The notes beneath the pieces are model-generated. The model saw nothing but the letters and a program-made list of their open reading frames with translations. It did no database searches and was not told where the DNA came from. A stretch of 64,000 nt of DNA from Vitrella brassicaformis CCMP3155 (Eukaryota; Protista; Chromerida): contig CDMY01000255.1 of assembly GCA_001179505.1 (NCBI GenBank), positions 434,001 to 498,000 of the forward strand. The letters are read 5' to 3'. The position numbers were made by a program, and so were the translations under genes. Every line of letters begins with the position of its first letter. Within the stretch, counting starts at the first letter, position 1. Positions 1 through 11,199 of this stretch are shown piece after piece.

Positions 1-127
1 GTAGCCATGCAGTGCAGGCAGCATATGCATGCGCTTCTCAGAGTGTCTCGGACTTTCTCGGGATCAGTAGTTGCGATCAAGTCTCTTGCTTACACAGAAA
101 CTCTCCGCTGGCGTTGACTCAATCAAA

Positions 128-1738
128 TCATTCTTGTGGGAGGAATTCCCTCAGAGTGATCCTCAGCTCCTTCGGAGCCTCCTCGAGAGGAGTCCGCCCA
201 TCCTAACCGAAAAACAACACACACAGGGGACCAGCTACACACACACCAGCCACCACCTTCTCATGCCATGCCGTCCTCACGCACTTTGTTTTTCCAAGTG
301 AGTAGCTCTGGTTTGCGCTTGCAGATGAGGATGCAGATGGACGTGTACTGACCATTCTGAACACAGGTGCCGTACCAAGGCACACAGTCATTTACGTGGC
401 CTGTCCCCGTGGTGCTCGTGCATACCACGGCCATGTGCAGTGCATTCTCGCCAGTTGACTTTTCCTCAAACTGATCAGCGATAAAGAGAAGAGAGCAGGG
501 ATGCAGGCAGACGCATGTGAGTGTGGTGGTGTTTCTCTTTTCCTCTTCCTTTGTCTGTGTTTACCTACCGTGAGGTCAGCTCCCTCGTCGATGAGCATCT
601 GTGCGATGGCCTCGTGACCCGCAGCACACGCCTTCATCAGAGCACTCGCCTACATTACATACATGCCCACACACACATCGGCGCGTGTGTGGATGCACTC
701 ACTCAATCATCTGTGTACGGAGCGGGTCGTATATAGAGCTGGAATGCCTACCCCATATTTGTCTCGTGCATTGATGGGCGCCTTGGCATTCAGGAGGGCC
801 CGCACAACCTGCACTTTGCCTTCGCACACACACACACACACACACGCGCACAAGGAGTGTACAAGGAGTGTCCACTTAGCTGCAGGTGGGCCCAATGACT
901 GACCTTTGCCAGCCGCCGAGTGCAGCGCTGTGGCATTCGAAGACGTTCGCGCATCGATCTGCAGCAACCACACACATGGATAGAGATGGATGACACACAA
1001 AGAACACACTCCAGCGCCCTGGTTGCGTCACCTTTGCGCCGTGCTTGATGAGCAGGTCTACAGTGCTGGAATGGCCAGCCGACGACGCCAAATGAAGACT
1101 CGTCCATCCCTGCATTCCAGGGCAGCCACAAACACCATCACACCTTCATCTGCCCACTCACTTACGCAGTCGTCCGTTTGGTTGATATTCGCCCCTTTGT
1201 CGAGCAAGAACTGAACCTGCACCAGCCACCAAACAAGCCGACCTTTGTCAGCCAGCCCCGTGCGTGTGTCTTCAAAGTGATGCTCCTCGACTGACCACAG
1301 CATCCCGCCCACCCCCGCTGCCCCTGAGAGGCAGTAAGCCATGCAGGCGGCACAAGCACACGGCATCCAGTCACAACCAGACAAATGCTCTGCAGGTGTG
1401 TACCTACCAGTGTAGTGCTGTTCTGTCGTCTGAGTCCTTCTTGTTGAGCAGCGAGGGGTCTTCACCGTAAAGCTCTGACCACACAAAGGGCCAGACAGAG
1501 ATGCGCATCAAGCACCCTGCCCTCGTGTGAAGGCGACACTTACTCTCTATGCGGTCAACGCTGCCGTCTTGCTGCGGCAGTCGAATACACACAGACACAC
1601 ACACAACAGAGAGAGAGATCAGCGCAGTGATCTCGCTCCAAATCCACTCGTCGCTGCTGTCCTGTGTCGTTTGGTGCCTACCGCAGCGTCCACAAATGTC
1701 TGTACAGGGTCCTTCGCAGCACCAGGCCTCTGCTCCAT
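128..1738 (-). CDS. Ankyrin-repeat protein, gankyrin/26S proteasome regulatory subunit 10-like (multi-exon)
   Basis: Joined exons: MEQRPGAAKDPVQTFVDAA|QDGSVDRIE|LYGEDPSLLNKKDSDDRTALHW|..QFLLDKGANINQTDD|GWTSLHLASSAGHSSTVDLLIKHGAK|IDARTSSNATALHSAAGKG|VQVVRALLNAKAPINARDKYG|MKACAAGHEAIAQMLIDEGADLT|..DGRTPLEEAPKELRITLREFLPQE*. Ankyrin repeats are clear. The D..RTALHWA / GW(S/T).LH.A.SAG pattern and overall size resemble gankyrin. Confidence 0.8.
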
Positions 1739-1959
1739 CGGAACACCTCCCAAAACAGACCGAAAATCGGCAGGTTTCGCAGTGAAATGGCTGCCAATGC
1801 CCTGCAAGCCTCACTCAGGCAACAGCGTCGGAAACTGGGCTTGCTGATGGATTCGATCCAATCCACTAAGCTCGCAGAGGAAGAGGAGAGAAAAAGGGGA
1901 GCGGACGATGACACGAAGACCTCTTGAGATGTGCTGATGAAGATCCTCAGCTCAAAAAC

Positions 1960-3114
1960 ATGATTGCTCGGCGCTGCTTTCGCGCCAAGCGGCAGCTGCT
2001 TTCACAGCATCCCCTCGTCTGTGTGCCGCCATCGTGGTTGCGCGGCTTCGCCAGCGAAGCATCGGGGTCGCCTTTGCTTGGGCAGCGCGCATGGGTGCAC
2101 CCTACTGCAGTGCTGATAGGGCGGGTCAAGCTGGGAGATGAGGTGTCCGTCTGGCCGATGGTGACCATACGAGGAGGTAAACAGCCAGACATACCCACAA
2201 TGAGAGGCAGCATGGCATGCACACGTGAATGATTCATTTTGTGTTGTCTTTCTAATTCGTTTGTGTGGTCCATCAGACGTCAACACGATAGAGGTCGGAG
2301 CTCGAAGCAACGTGCAAGGTGAGTACATCCGTATCATTGAGAAATCGAAAAGAGGCTCATTCGTCGCGGCGCTGTGCCCTTTGTTTGTGTGTGGTCAGAT
2401 GGCGCGGTTATCCATGCGACCGGCTGTTACTCACATGCGCCCCCTGGTGGCTATCCAACCAAGGTCGCAATGGCAACCAAAGCACACAGACATGGATATG
2501 ATGCAAATATCATCCTGAGCTCTCTGTGTGTGTGATCAGGTGGGCGAGGATGTGACGATAGGTGAGCCGACGGGATGACAAGGACAGGGGGGATACGATT
2601 GCGCCTGTGTTCAGGTCACAAGGCGTTGCTGCACGGCTGCACCATCAGTGACCGTGTGCTCATCGGCATGGGGGCCATCATCATGGACGGTAAAGGGGCG
2701 GGCGACAGAAAGACACACTCACATGCCATTTCCGTGCATCCCATCCATCTGCCCATCTGTGTGCAGGGGTGTCGATTGAGCCTGACGTCATTGTGGTGGG
2801 CCCCACGAAGTTGCAAGAATGTCGAGTAATTGATTTTCGGTTTCTGTGTTCGCCCTGTAGGCTGCTGGTTCCCTGGTGCCGCCAGGCAAGGTGCTAACAA
2901 GCGGACTGTGGAAGGGGAACCCCGCACGCTTCGCCAGAGAGCTCACAGGGGAAGAGCTGCAGTTCCTACCGTAGGCAGCAGACACGACAGAGAACCAAAT
3001 GCGGCTACTGCTTCAGCTGATATCCTGGACCTGTGTGTGTTTGGTGTGTACAGGCAGAGTGCGAAGAACTACATGGAGCTGAAGGACCGCTACCTGAGGG
3101 GAGACTTCCAGTGA
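1960..3114 (+). CDS. Gamma-class carbonic anhydrase / hexapeptide-repeat protein with a probable mitochondrial presequence
   Basis: Exons: MIARRCFRAKRQLL..WVHPTAVLIGRVKLGDEVSVWPMVTIRG|DVNTIEVGARSNVQ|DGAVIHATG..|VGEDVTI|GHKALLHGCTISDRVLIGMGAIIMD|GVSIEPDVIV|AAGSLVPPGKVLTSGLWKGNPARFAREL|QSAKNYMELKDRYLRGDFQ*. The three Zn-binding His (VIH, GH, LHGC) are present. The N-terminus is Arg-rich. Confidence 0.9.
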
Positions 3115-3559
3115 CGCTCAGACAGACAGAGATAGTCAGTCGGATGGATGGACGGCTGGACGGATTGGCAATGGGCCAGCCATGTGTAGACATTCTTACG
3201 TACGTGAGTGCCATCCGCCACAAAACCCAGATTTACATGAAAATTCTGCCACACACACAGGCGCCTCGTTCCGTCAGCAGCAGCGCAGTATAGGCGACGG
3301 CTGGTGCATCGTGTGTCGGATGGATGGGTGCATGCACAGGCCGTGACGTTGTGTATACTTGACGTGCTGACATTCTCCACCAATGAATGGGTGAAATCAG
3401 CGTGTTGCTGCTGGGTGTGCACATGGGGCGGCATGACGTTAGATAGGTGTGGGTGTAATATCACTACAGCTCAGCTGCCATGGGTAGGTAGTGTACATAT
3501 TCACATTGAAAAACATCCACCGGTCCGCCAGTCAGTCAGTCAGTCAGCCCCACCCCACC

Positions 3560-4640
3560 CCTTCCTCACACACACACACACACGCACACACACGCAGAGA
3601 GAGAGAGAGAGAGAGAGGAGAGAAAGAGGGACGAAAAAGGGCCCATCCCCCCGTCTATCTGTCTGTCTGTGTGAGTCGTTTGGTGGGTGCCGCACACAAC
3701 CCCCACCCCTCCACCCTTATTATCACTGTGTCCACCACCCCGCCCCCCTTATTATCACTGTGTCCACCGCCGCGCTACTCCATCCATCCCTCCTTGTCAT
3801 ATCACTGGCTGTGCTTGGCACACATCACACGCGAATGAATCGCTGACTGCACCCCTCCCCTCTCCTCTACCTCGTGGGCAGACCGTGACTCAGACAGACA
3901 GGCAGGAGCAAGGGGCGAAAAAGAGTACGTGTCTGTGTGCATAACAAATACATACAGACAGAGAGAGAAAGAGAGACCAGCCAGCGAGATGCACGCACAT
4001 GACGTGACGAAAAAGACCACCGAACACACACACACACGTCACACACACGTCATGGCAGGCAGAGTCCGCCCGTCCCGTCCCCCCTCGCCGGCCGTGTGTG
4101 TCACGTGCGTGTCGTAGAAGAAGACAAATACCACACAACCACACACATAGAAAGGGAGAGAGAAAGAGAGAAAGAGAAAGGAGGAAAAAGAGCCCACCCA
4201 CCCGTCTATCTGTCTGTGTGAGTCGTGTGGTGCGTGCCGCACACAACCCCCCCTCCCCACCCCTCCACCCTTATCNNNNNNNNNNNNNNNNNNNNNNNNN
4301 NNNNNNNNNNNNNNNNNNNNNNNNNNNNNNNNNNNNNNNNNNNNNNNNNNNNNNNNNNNNNNNNNNNNNNNNNNNNNNNNNNNNNNNNNNNNNNNNNNNN
4401 NNNNNNNNNNNNNNNNNNNNNNNNNNNNNNNNNNNNNNNNNNNNNNNNNNNNNNNNNNNNNNNNNNNNNNNNNNNNNNNNNNNNNNNNNNNNNNNNNNNN
4501 NNNNNNNNNNNNNNNNNNNNNNNNNNNNNNNNNNNNNNNNNNNNNNNNNNNNNNNNNNNNNNNNNNNNNNNNNNNCCTCCACCCTTATCACTGTGTCCAC
4601 CCCCGCCCCTCCCTCCGCTCCTTGTCTCTCTCACTACTCC
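3560..4640. repeat. Imperfect direct duplication plus a short tandem unit (ccttat[t]atcactgtgtccacc) flanking an assembly gap
   Basis: The block ccgtctatctgtct..gtgtgagtcgt.tggtg.gtgccgcacacaacccccc occurs at ~3650-3710 and ~4202-4260. The unit ccttat(t)atcactgtgtccacc occurs at ~3715, ~3748 and ~4581, with its start also at ~4269 running into the gap. Confidence 0.75.
4276..4575. other. Assembly gap (300 N)
   Basis: Run of N. Confidence 1.
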
Positions 4641-4784
4641 ACCCCCTCCATCTTATCACTCTCTCTGTTTTTCCACCGATATCCACCACACTCACTCGAC
4701 GGACTGCGATACATCGTTCGTTCTCTCTGCAACCAACCAACCAGGGGTGGGGCGGCAACCAACCAACCAGCTGTGTCTACATGT

Positions 4785-5717
4785 CTACGGCCCATCCACC
4801 ACTTTGACCCACAGACAGACACATCTCCCACTTGTAGACACGCGGCTGAGCTGGATCTTCTTGATGTAGCTGAGCGCGAGTGCCTCCCTCTCGGCAGCCA
4901 GGGCAGCGTAGTAATAGTGCTCTGATGACTGTTGGGAGCGGCCTTCGGTCTTCTCCCTCTCCCAGAGAGCGTACGCCCCCAACAACACCCTGCACACACA
5001 CAGGGGAGACACACACAGAGACACAGACACACATCGATGTGGGGGTGTCTCGTGTGTCTCGGCCAGTGAAAGACTGACGGCAGCCCCCTTACATCGAGTC
5101 GAAGCTCTCGCGGCTGAGGCCCGCCTCGATGATGAGGCGGCCCTTTTCCGCAGAGACGCTCCGCTCGTAGTGCTGCTGGGGCGACTCGTGACGGCCCACC
5201 GACGACAGGGAACGCTCAAACGCAGCCTTCTTGACGCTGCATGACAAGGCAGACAGACAGACAGACAGGGGAGACACACACACATCCATAGAAGGTGTGT
5301 TTGATGGTGTGTCAGTGAGGTGTGCGTGTTGGCTTACTACGCAGTGAAGGCGTCCTTGGGGGTCGGGCACACCAGCTGCCTCGCCTGCACGGTGTTCGCT
5401 GTGGGGGACGGTCTGTTTTTGGGGGGTTGGGTGTTGTGGGTGGGTAGGTGGTTGGCCTCCTCCGCCGGGGGTGTCGGGTGGGGCGGCTGGCTGGGCTGGT
5501 TGGCGGCCTCTGTGCCCTGTGTGGCGCCTTGGGTGTTGGTGTTGGTGCTAGTGCCGCCAGACGTGCTATCATAATCTGCAACCATCAATCAGGCCACACA
5601 CCATACACATCAACACAACACAATGGGAAATGACCCGTGACCAACTGAGACAGCAAGTAGCGTGTGGCTGGCTGACTTACCGAAGTCTGGGTGCACCGGC
5701 ATCAGTGCTCCGACCAT
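4785..5717 (-). CDS. Hypothetical protein (3' end uncertain)
   Basis: Phase-consistent exons: MVGALMPVHPDF|DYDSTSGG..CPTPKDAFTA|YVKKAAFERSLSS..KGRLIIEAGLSRESFDS|MVLLGAYALWERE..SYIKKIQLSRVST. Donors are gtaagt/gtaagc/gtaagg. No family recognised. Confidence 0.6.
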
Positions 5718-6521
5718 GCCCGGCAGGTCGAGTATCGGGGCTGTCATTATCGTGGCCGACCAGCTGACGATTTATCAATCTCGCGTGTCAGCGGCGGCCT
5801 CTCCTCCTTGGTCGTCTCCTTGAATGGCGAACGCCCTCGTGTGTCGCGGGCGCGTCAGTCACTGGCTGCGCTGGCTGCAGTGCAGTGCACTCACTGCCGA
5901 CTTATCTGAATTTCTTGGCGGCGGCAGGGTGCAGGCTGTTGCGAGAAAGGAGGCTCACAGACGCGTTCGTATTGTTTGCACGGCTGTGTGGGCTGGACGG
6001 CGCTTGGAAGAGAGCGTTTCTTGGCGGTTGTGGCGAGGGCTGAGGAAAAGCGAGAGCGCACAGCCTCTTTTGCCGTCTCCGTCTCAAAATTCTCGCCGAA
6101 CGGAAATTTACTTCCTGGCAAGCAAGCGCTCGGCAGCTCTTACGTGTGCACAATCGGTGTGCGCAGGTGGAAGCCACTTGTTTCTAACATGTGTGCTGTC
6201 GATAGACGCCACGCGACATCCACTGGCAAAGCCGGAGAGACACTCCCGGCTTTGGTGTGCGCGAAAGCGGCAAGGGAGAAGGAAGGCCCTCGTGGTCATG
6301 GGCGACACAGCAATGACGTCCACCGACGAGACGAACACTGTATCTAGTCTCGGTCAATGTTGCCCCATGATGGTGGGTGGATGGGTGGACGGGATGGGGA
6401 GGTGGGAAGGATGGGCGCATCTTAAGGATTCGCTGTATGTTAACAAATTGTCATTGATCCGGTGGGTATGGTAGGGATCAACTCTTCGCGAGGCCACCAA
6501 CCGTCAAACAGACAGAGAGAC

Positions 6522-6552
<31 letters not shown>

Positions 6553-6833
6553 GATAGTCGGTCGGATGCATGGGTGCACTGGGTGGATGTCCCATTCATT
6601 CATCGTTGCCTAGCTGCGCTTCATATTCTGCCGTCGCATTATACAATTGTGTGGAATGTCCGTGTCAGTCAGCAGAGGCACCGCAGACACAAACACACGC
6701 CACGTACACATCGATCTCAAGATAGCTTGTACGTGTGCACACATGTACACAGCAAAGACTGTACGAATACAGACAGCATCGATCAGTGAGTGCTTCATCG
6801 TCATTCACTCTCATTCTGACGTCAATCATAATC

Positions 6834-7643
6834 ATGATGAAACTGGCGATGACTGTCCTGTTGCTCCTGTCTGTGTGTGTGGTGTCTCGCGCCACTGCGG
6901 CCGCCAACCCGCCCTTCAGCATCACAGTCAACGGCGCCAAGATCGGCATCAACGAGGCCGGCGGAGCAGCACCGGACACCGAAAAGGCTATCGCCGGTAT
7001 GCAAACACTGACGACACATCCACCCAGCCATCCATCCACCAAGCCATACATCTGTCTGTGTGTCTCTCTCTGTTTCTCTCTGTGTGTGTAGATGAGTTGG
7101 CGAGTGAGCCTGAGGATTTGTATGCGGAGAGTGCGGCCGACCGTCGCGCCAAAGAAGCCATCATCCATGACAAAGAGGCACGCAAGGCAGACGCGGCCAG
7201 GGCACGCACCGCGGACTACAAGCGCAAGGCAATCGCACTCGAGCACCAGCTCGAGGCCGACAAGCAGATGCACGACAAACAACTGGCCGCTGAGGTCACA
7301 CACATGGACAGATACACACAGACAGTCAGCCGTCATCCATCTGTGTCTCTGTGTGTGTGTGTGTGTGTGGTTTAGAAGGAGAAGACGCGTGAAGAGGAGC
7401 GCGTGTTGGCAGCTCACGACGCCAGCCTCAAGGCGCAACTCAGGAAGGAGGAACAGCACATCAAAGACATAATCCAGGTGAACAAACAAATCACACACAG
7501 GAGAGAGAGTGAGACACAATTATGCATCGCCGTGTGTCTGTCTGTGTGTGTAGGCTGAGGATGAAGAGGCGGCAGAGGAGGAGCAGGCACAGATAGAGGA
7601 ACAGGCCGCCAGAAAGAAGGAACAGCAACTCAAAAGGAAAGAG
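6834..7643 (+). CDS. Secreted (signal peptide) acidic/charged coiled-coil protein; 3' end lost in gap
   Basis: MMKLAMTVLLLLSVCVVSRATAAANP is a signal peptide. It is followed by E/K/A/R-rich helical exons (DELASEPED..; KEKTREEERVLAAHD..; AEDEEAAEEEQAQIEEQAARKKEQQ). Confidence 0.7.
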
Positions 7644-7661
7644 GTGAATGACATGTCATAG

Positions 7662-7961
7662 NNNNNNNNNNNNNNNNNNNNNNNNNNNNNNNNNNNNNNN
7701 NNNNNNNNNNNNNNNNNNNNNNNNNNNNNNNNNNNNNNNNNNNNNNNNNNNNNNNNNNNNNNNNNNNNNNNNNNNNNNNNNNNNNNNNNNNNNNNNNNNN
7801 NNNNNNNNNNNNNNNNNNNNNNNNNNNNNNNNNNNNNNNNNNNNNNNNNNNNNNNNNNNNNNNNNNNNNNNNNNNNNNNNNNNNNNNNNNNNNNNNNNNN
7901 NNNNNNNNNNNNNNNNNNNNNNNNNNNNNNNNNNNNNNNNNNNNNNNNNNNNNNNNNNNNN
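7662..7961. other. Assembly gap (300 N)
   Basis: Run of N. Confidence 1.
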
Positions 7962-8225
7962 TGGTGGTCCAGAGCTCAGAGCTGAGCTTTGCACCGCCAA
8001 CCCCTCGCTGCAGGCTCCGTTGGGCGATTGGCACACAGTCATACATGTAGTAAATGCGGTGACACAGGCAGACAGGCACATGAAAGGGGTGCATGCAGTC
8101 GAGCACGTGTGCCGTGGAGAACGGAGTGGGAGAAAAAACGGAATGGAGAGCTGCCTAGCGCCTAGGGAGAGAGGGAGGAAGGGAGGGAATACATGTACAG
8201 GGAAGCCAACACTAGAATATAAACA

Positions 8226-11037
8226 TCAATTCACGACTGTGCCTGGGAGCGACATCTCACCGACCGCCCCCGGCTCGCTGCCCCTCCGCCCGGATGCCGG
8301 GAGGCTTTCAGGCGATGCCATGAGGCTGCGGAGCGGCTCATCTGCAACTCTGGTACTTCCCGACTCACACGACTCACGGCTCGAGCGCCGATTCTCCTTT
8401 TTCCTCTTCTTCTTTTTCTTCTTCTTCTCTTTAGCGACCGTCCCCATCTCACTGACCGCAGCCTCGGACTCCTGCGGACTGTCCCCATTCCCACGGCCCT
8501 TCTCAGCCGCCCCCTCGAGGGCCTCAACGCTGCACATTCGCAATGAGACACGGACATATGACAACGGGACACACGCACAACATGGAGCATTTTATGTCGT
8601 CTTTTCTGCTTGGCCGCCTACTCTGTTGCGGTGAAGGATCTTCTGCTCATTGCATCTTTCAGCAAGTCTTCTGGCGTCTGATGAGGCTGGCTGTCCGCCG
8701 CGTGTTCCGGCGAGACCACCTGCACCATCTTCTTGGAAGGCGTCCCCTCAAGCGGCCAGAACTCGCCAGCCAGGTCCGTCTTGAGAGCCCTCCCCTTCCC
8801 CTTTTCCCCACCTGCCCGCCTGCCATTCTCCTCGCCATTCGCCGACACCAACACCCCTTTCAGCCTCTTGTCGTCGATCGTGTGGACTGTGGAAGTAGAC
8901 TTGCGACGAATGAACCTCTGCATCATGGAGCTCCTTCGTCGCGAGGGTGTTGATGAGTGGCGCCGGTTCTCCGCCCCAGCTGATGTGTCGGCCCTAAAGA
9001 GGCGGTCCTTGATGCTTATCCGCCGCACCGAGCCGGGCGAGAACAAAGGCAGCCCCGATTGCCGCCGGCCCGAGCTTGTAGGAGATGCAGATGATCTCCT
9101 GCCCGCCACCTCTTTCTTCTCGTGCTTCATTTGCAGCTTCTCCAGCTTCTCTTCCACATCCTGCGCCTCCTGATGGTTGGTTGTATCGCGACAGACAGGA
9201 AGACCACCATTGATGATGTCACACGCCAGGTGTACGTCTGGCTTACACAATGCTTACCCTCTCGGCCATGGATTTCGTTCGTGACTTCTCCCTGGTAGCG
9301 GCCGCCGCCTGATCTCTGTGTAAGTACCAATGCGCGCAGACAGAATGGGAGCTGGCTATAGCTGGTGTGTTGTCTGCCTTCGTACGCGGCGGATTGCAGG
9401 ACGTCCTCAGCAACGGAAAAAGCCTTAGTGCTCGAGCGCATTGGCTGCGGGGCTTCGCGAGTTGGCGGATCGAACTGCCCCTCGCCCTCTATTCCACCAC
9501 TGGCGAGCTTGCGGATGAAGGGATGCTTCAACGCTGTGATACATAGCACAGGCCCAATGCCGCCGTGTCCTCGTCTCATGCATTGTGTGTGTGTACCTTC
9601 ATCAGCCGTAAGTCGCTTCTCGGGATTCCGCTCGAGAAGGCTGGAGAGGAAATCAATCGTCTGAGGGGAAGGGAGACAAGGACATAGACAGACATGCAAT
9701 GCCCCCATATGCAGACGCTGCGTGCACATCTTGTCCGGGCGCGTATTCACCTACCTTCTCTGAGTACGGCTTCTCCATGTTGTGGAGCGACCAGTCGATC
9801 TGGTGGCCCTCAATCTCCTTCTGCAGCACCAGCAGCAGAATATGTAGGGGGAGATGGATGGATGGGTGTGGTCGATGGTCAGTCAGTGCATGTCTGCCTG
9901 TATGGGTGGATTCCTCACGAGTATGGCGGCTTGGTCTTCGCCGATGAATGGGTAGCGGCCGTAGAGCATCAGATACATCAACACGCCTGGCGTGATATCA
10001 TAAGATGAGACAAAGCAGACATGAAATACATGCATCGTCTGTCTGCTGAATGACAGGGGAATCCTCCTTACCGACAGCCCAGAGGTCGACCTCCACGCCG
10101 TATCTTTTCCTGGTCGATGACGCACACAACGAAGAGACAGACCCACGATACGTGTCTCACAAGTGTTCGCACACATAGCAGTCAGTACACACTTGAGGAG
10201 TTCGGGCGCCAGGTACTTGAGCGAGCCGCATGTCTCCTCCAGATGCACCCCGGGCGTCACCTTGGCAGCGATGCCGAAGTCGATCATGATTAAGGGGGAG
10301 TCGATGCTCTTCTTCTGCAGGAGGAAGTTCTCGCCCTTGATGTCTCGGTGCACGATGTTGCGCGAGTGGAGGTACTTGAGGGCGTCAAGGATCTGCCGAC
10401 ATCGTGCATACATGTATATGAGAGTCGATCGTCCCAGTAGGTCGGCAAAGCGCAGTCAATATAAACATTGGGGCGGAGCGCACCTGCCGACATATCTTGG
10501 CCGCTTCCCGCTCGGTGAACTGCTTCATCTCCTTGATGAACGTCAACAGCTCCCCGCCCTCACACTTGTCTATCACCTGGCAGCACACACACACCGGTGC
10601 GCGCCGCGCCGCGTGGTGGTCTGCCTGCGGGTCTTGCAACTTACGCCATAGACGAACTGGTGGTCCTCGTAGAGGCCGTGAAGACGGATGATGGTCGGGT
10701 GGTCTGAATGAATGAGGAAACACGACCAGGTTTTGTGTGCTTTGTGTAGTATGTCGTGCGCACCAAGCTCAGCGAGGAAGTCGCACTCCTTCTTGAACAG
10801 CTGTGCGTGATTCCACTTGGCCCCCGGCTTCTTCTCCACAATCTTGACCGCAAAGAGTTCCCGTGTGGTCCGATGGATGCACTCACGCACTTGCCTGCAC
10901 ACAACACAACCATCAGCCTGGCGGACCTCTTCACATGTGAGTCATGTTTGTTACCCGAAGGCGCCCTGTCCGAGGAGCCTGCCGAGGTTGTAATCATCCC
11001 GGACGTCACGCCGACGTACGCCACACACGTTCCCCAT
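8226..11037 (-). CDS. CAMK-group / CDPK-like Ser/Thr kinase with an N-terminal acylation motif and a long low-complexity tail; no EF-hands seen
   Basis: MGNVCGVRRRDVRDDYNLGRLLGQGAFG|..ELFAVKIVEK..|HPTIIRLHGLYED|..CEGGELL..|HRDIKGENFLL..MIDFGIA..CGSLKYLAPE|..VDLWAV|GVLMYLMLYGRYPF..|..ALKHPF. All catalytic motifs are intact. Confidence 0.9.
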
Positions 11038-11199
11038 CGGAGAAGCCTTCAAGACTGGGGGCCTCTTGGGGTCAAGCTCGCCAGACGGCTTTGGGGGTCT
11101 CCATCGTTTTCCGAGATGCGTTTGTTGTTGAGGAGTATTGACAAATGGTCCCCATCATCACCCATGCAGGCAGCACGGGAGTCCGTCATGGGCAGCACA

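Noticed and set aside
4098-4925. Long ORFs spanning N gaps (also 7630-8634 and 37701-38644)
   Set aside because: They are inflated by X codons and simple repeats. Only the minus-strand poly-Pro frame across 38018-38317 is supported by splice phases.
5824-6474. 216-aa plus-strand ORF and the overlapping minus-strand ORFs between two divergent genes
   Set aside because: No ATG-led protein-like frame or consistent splice pattern; probably UTR or promoter sequence.
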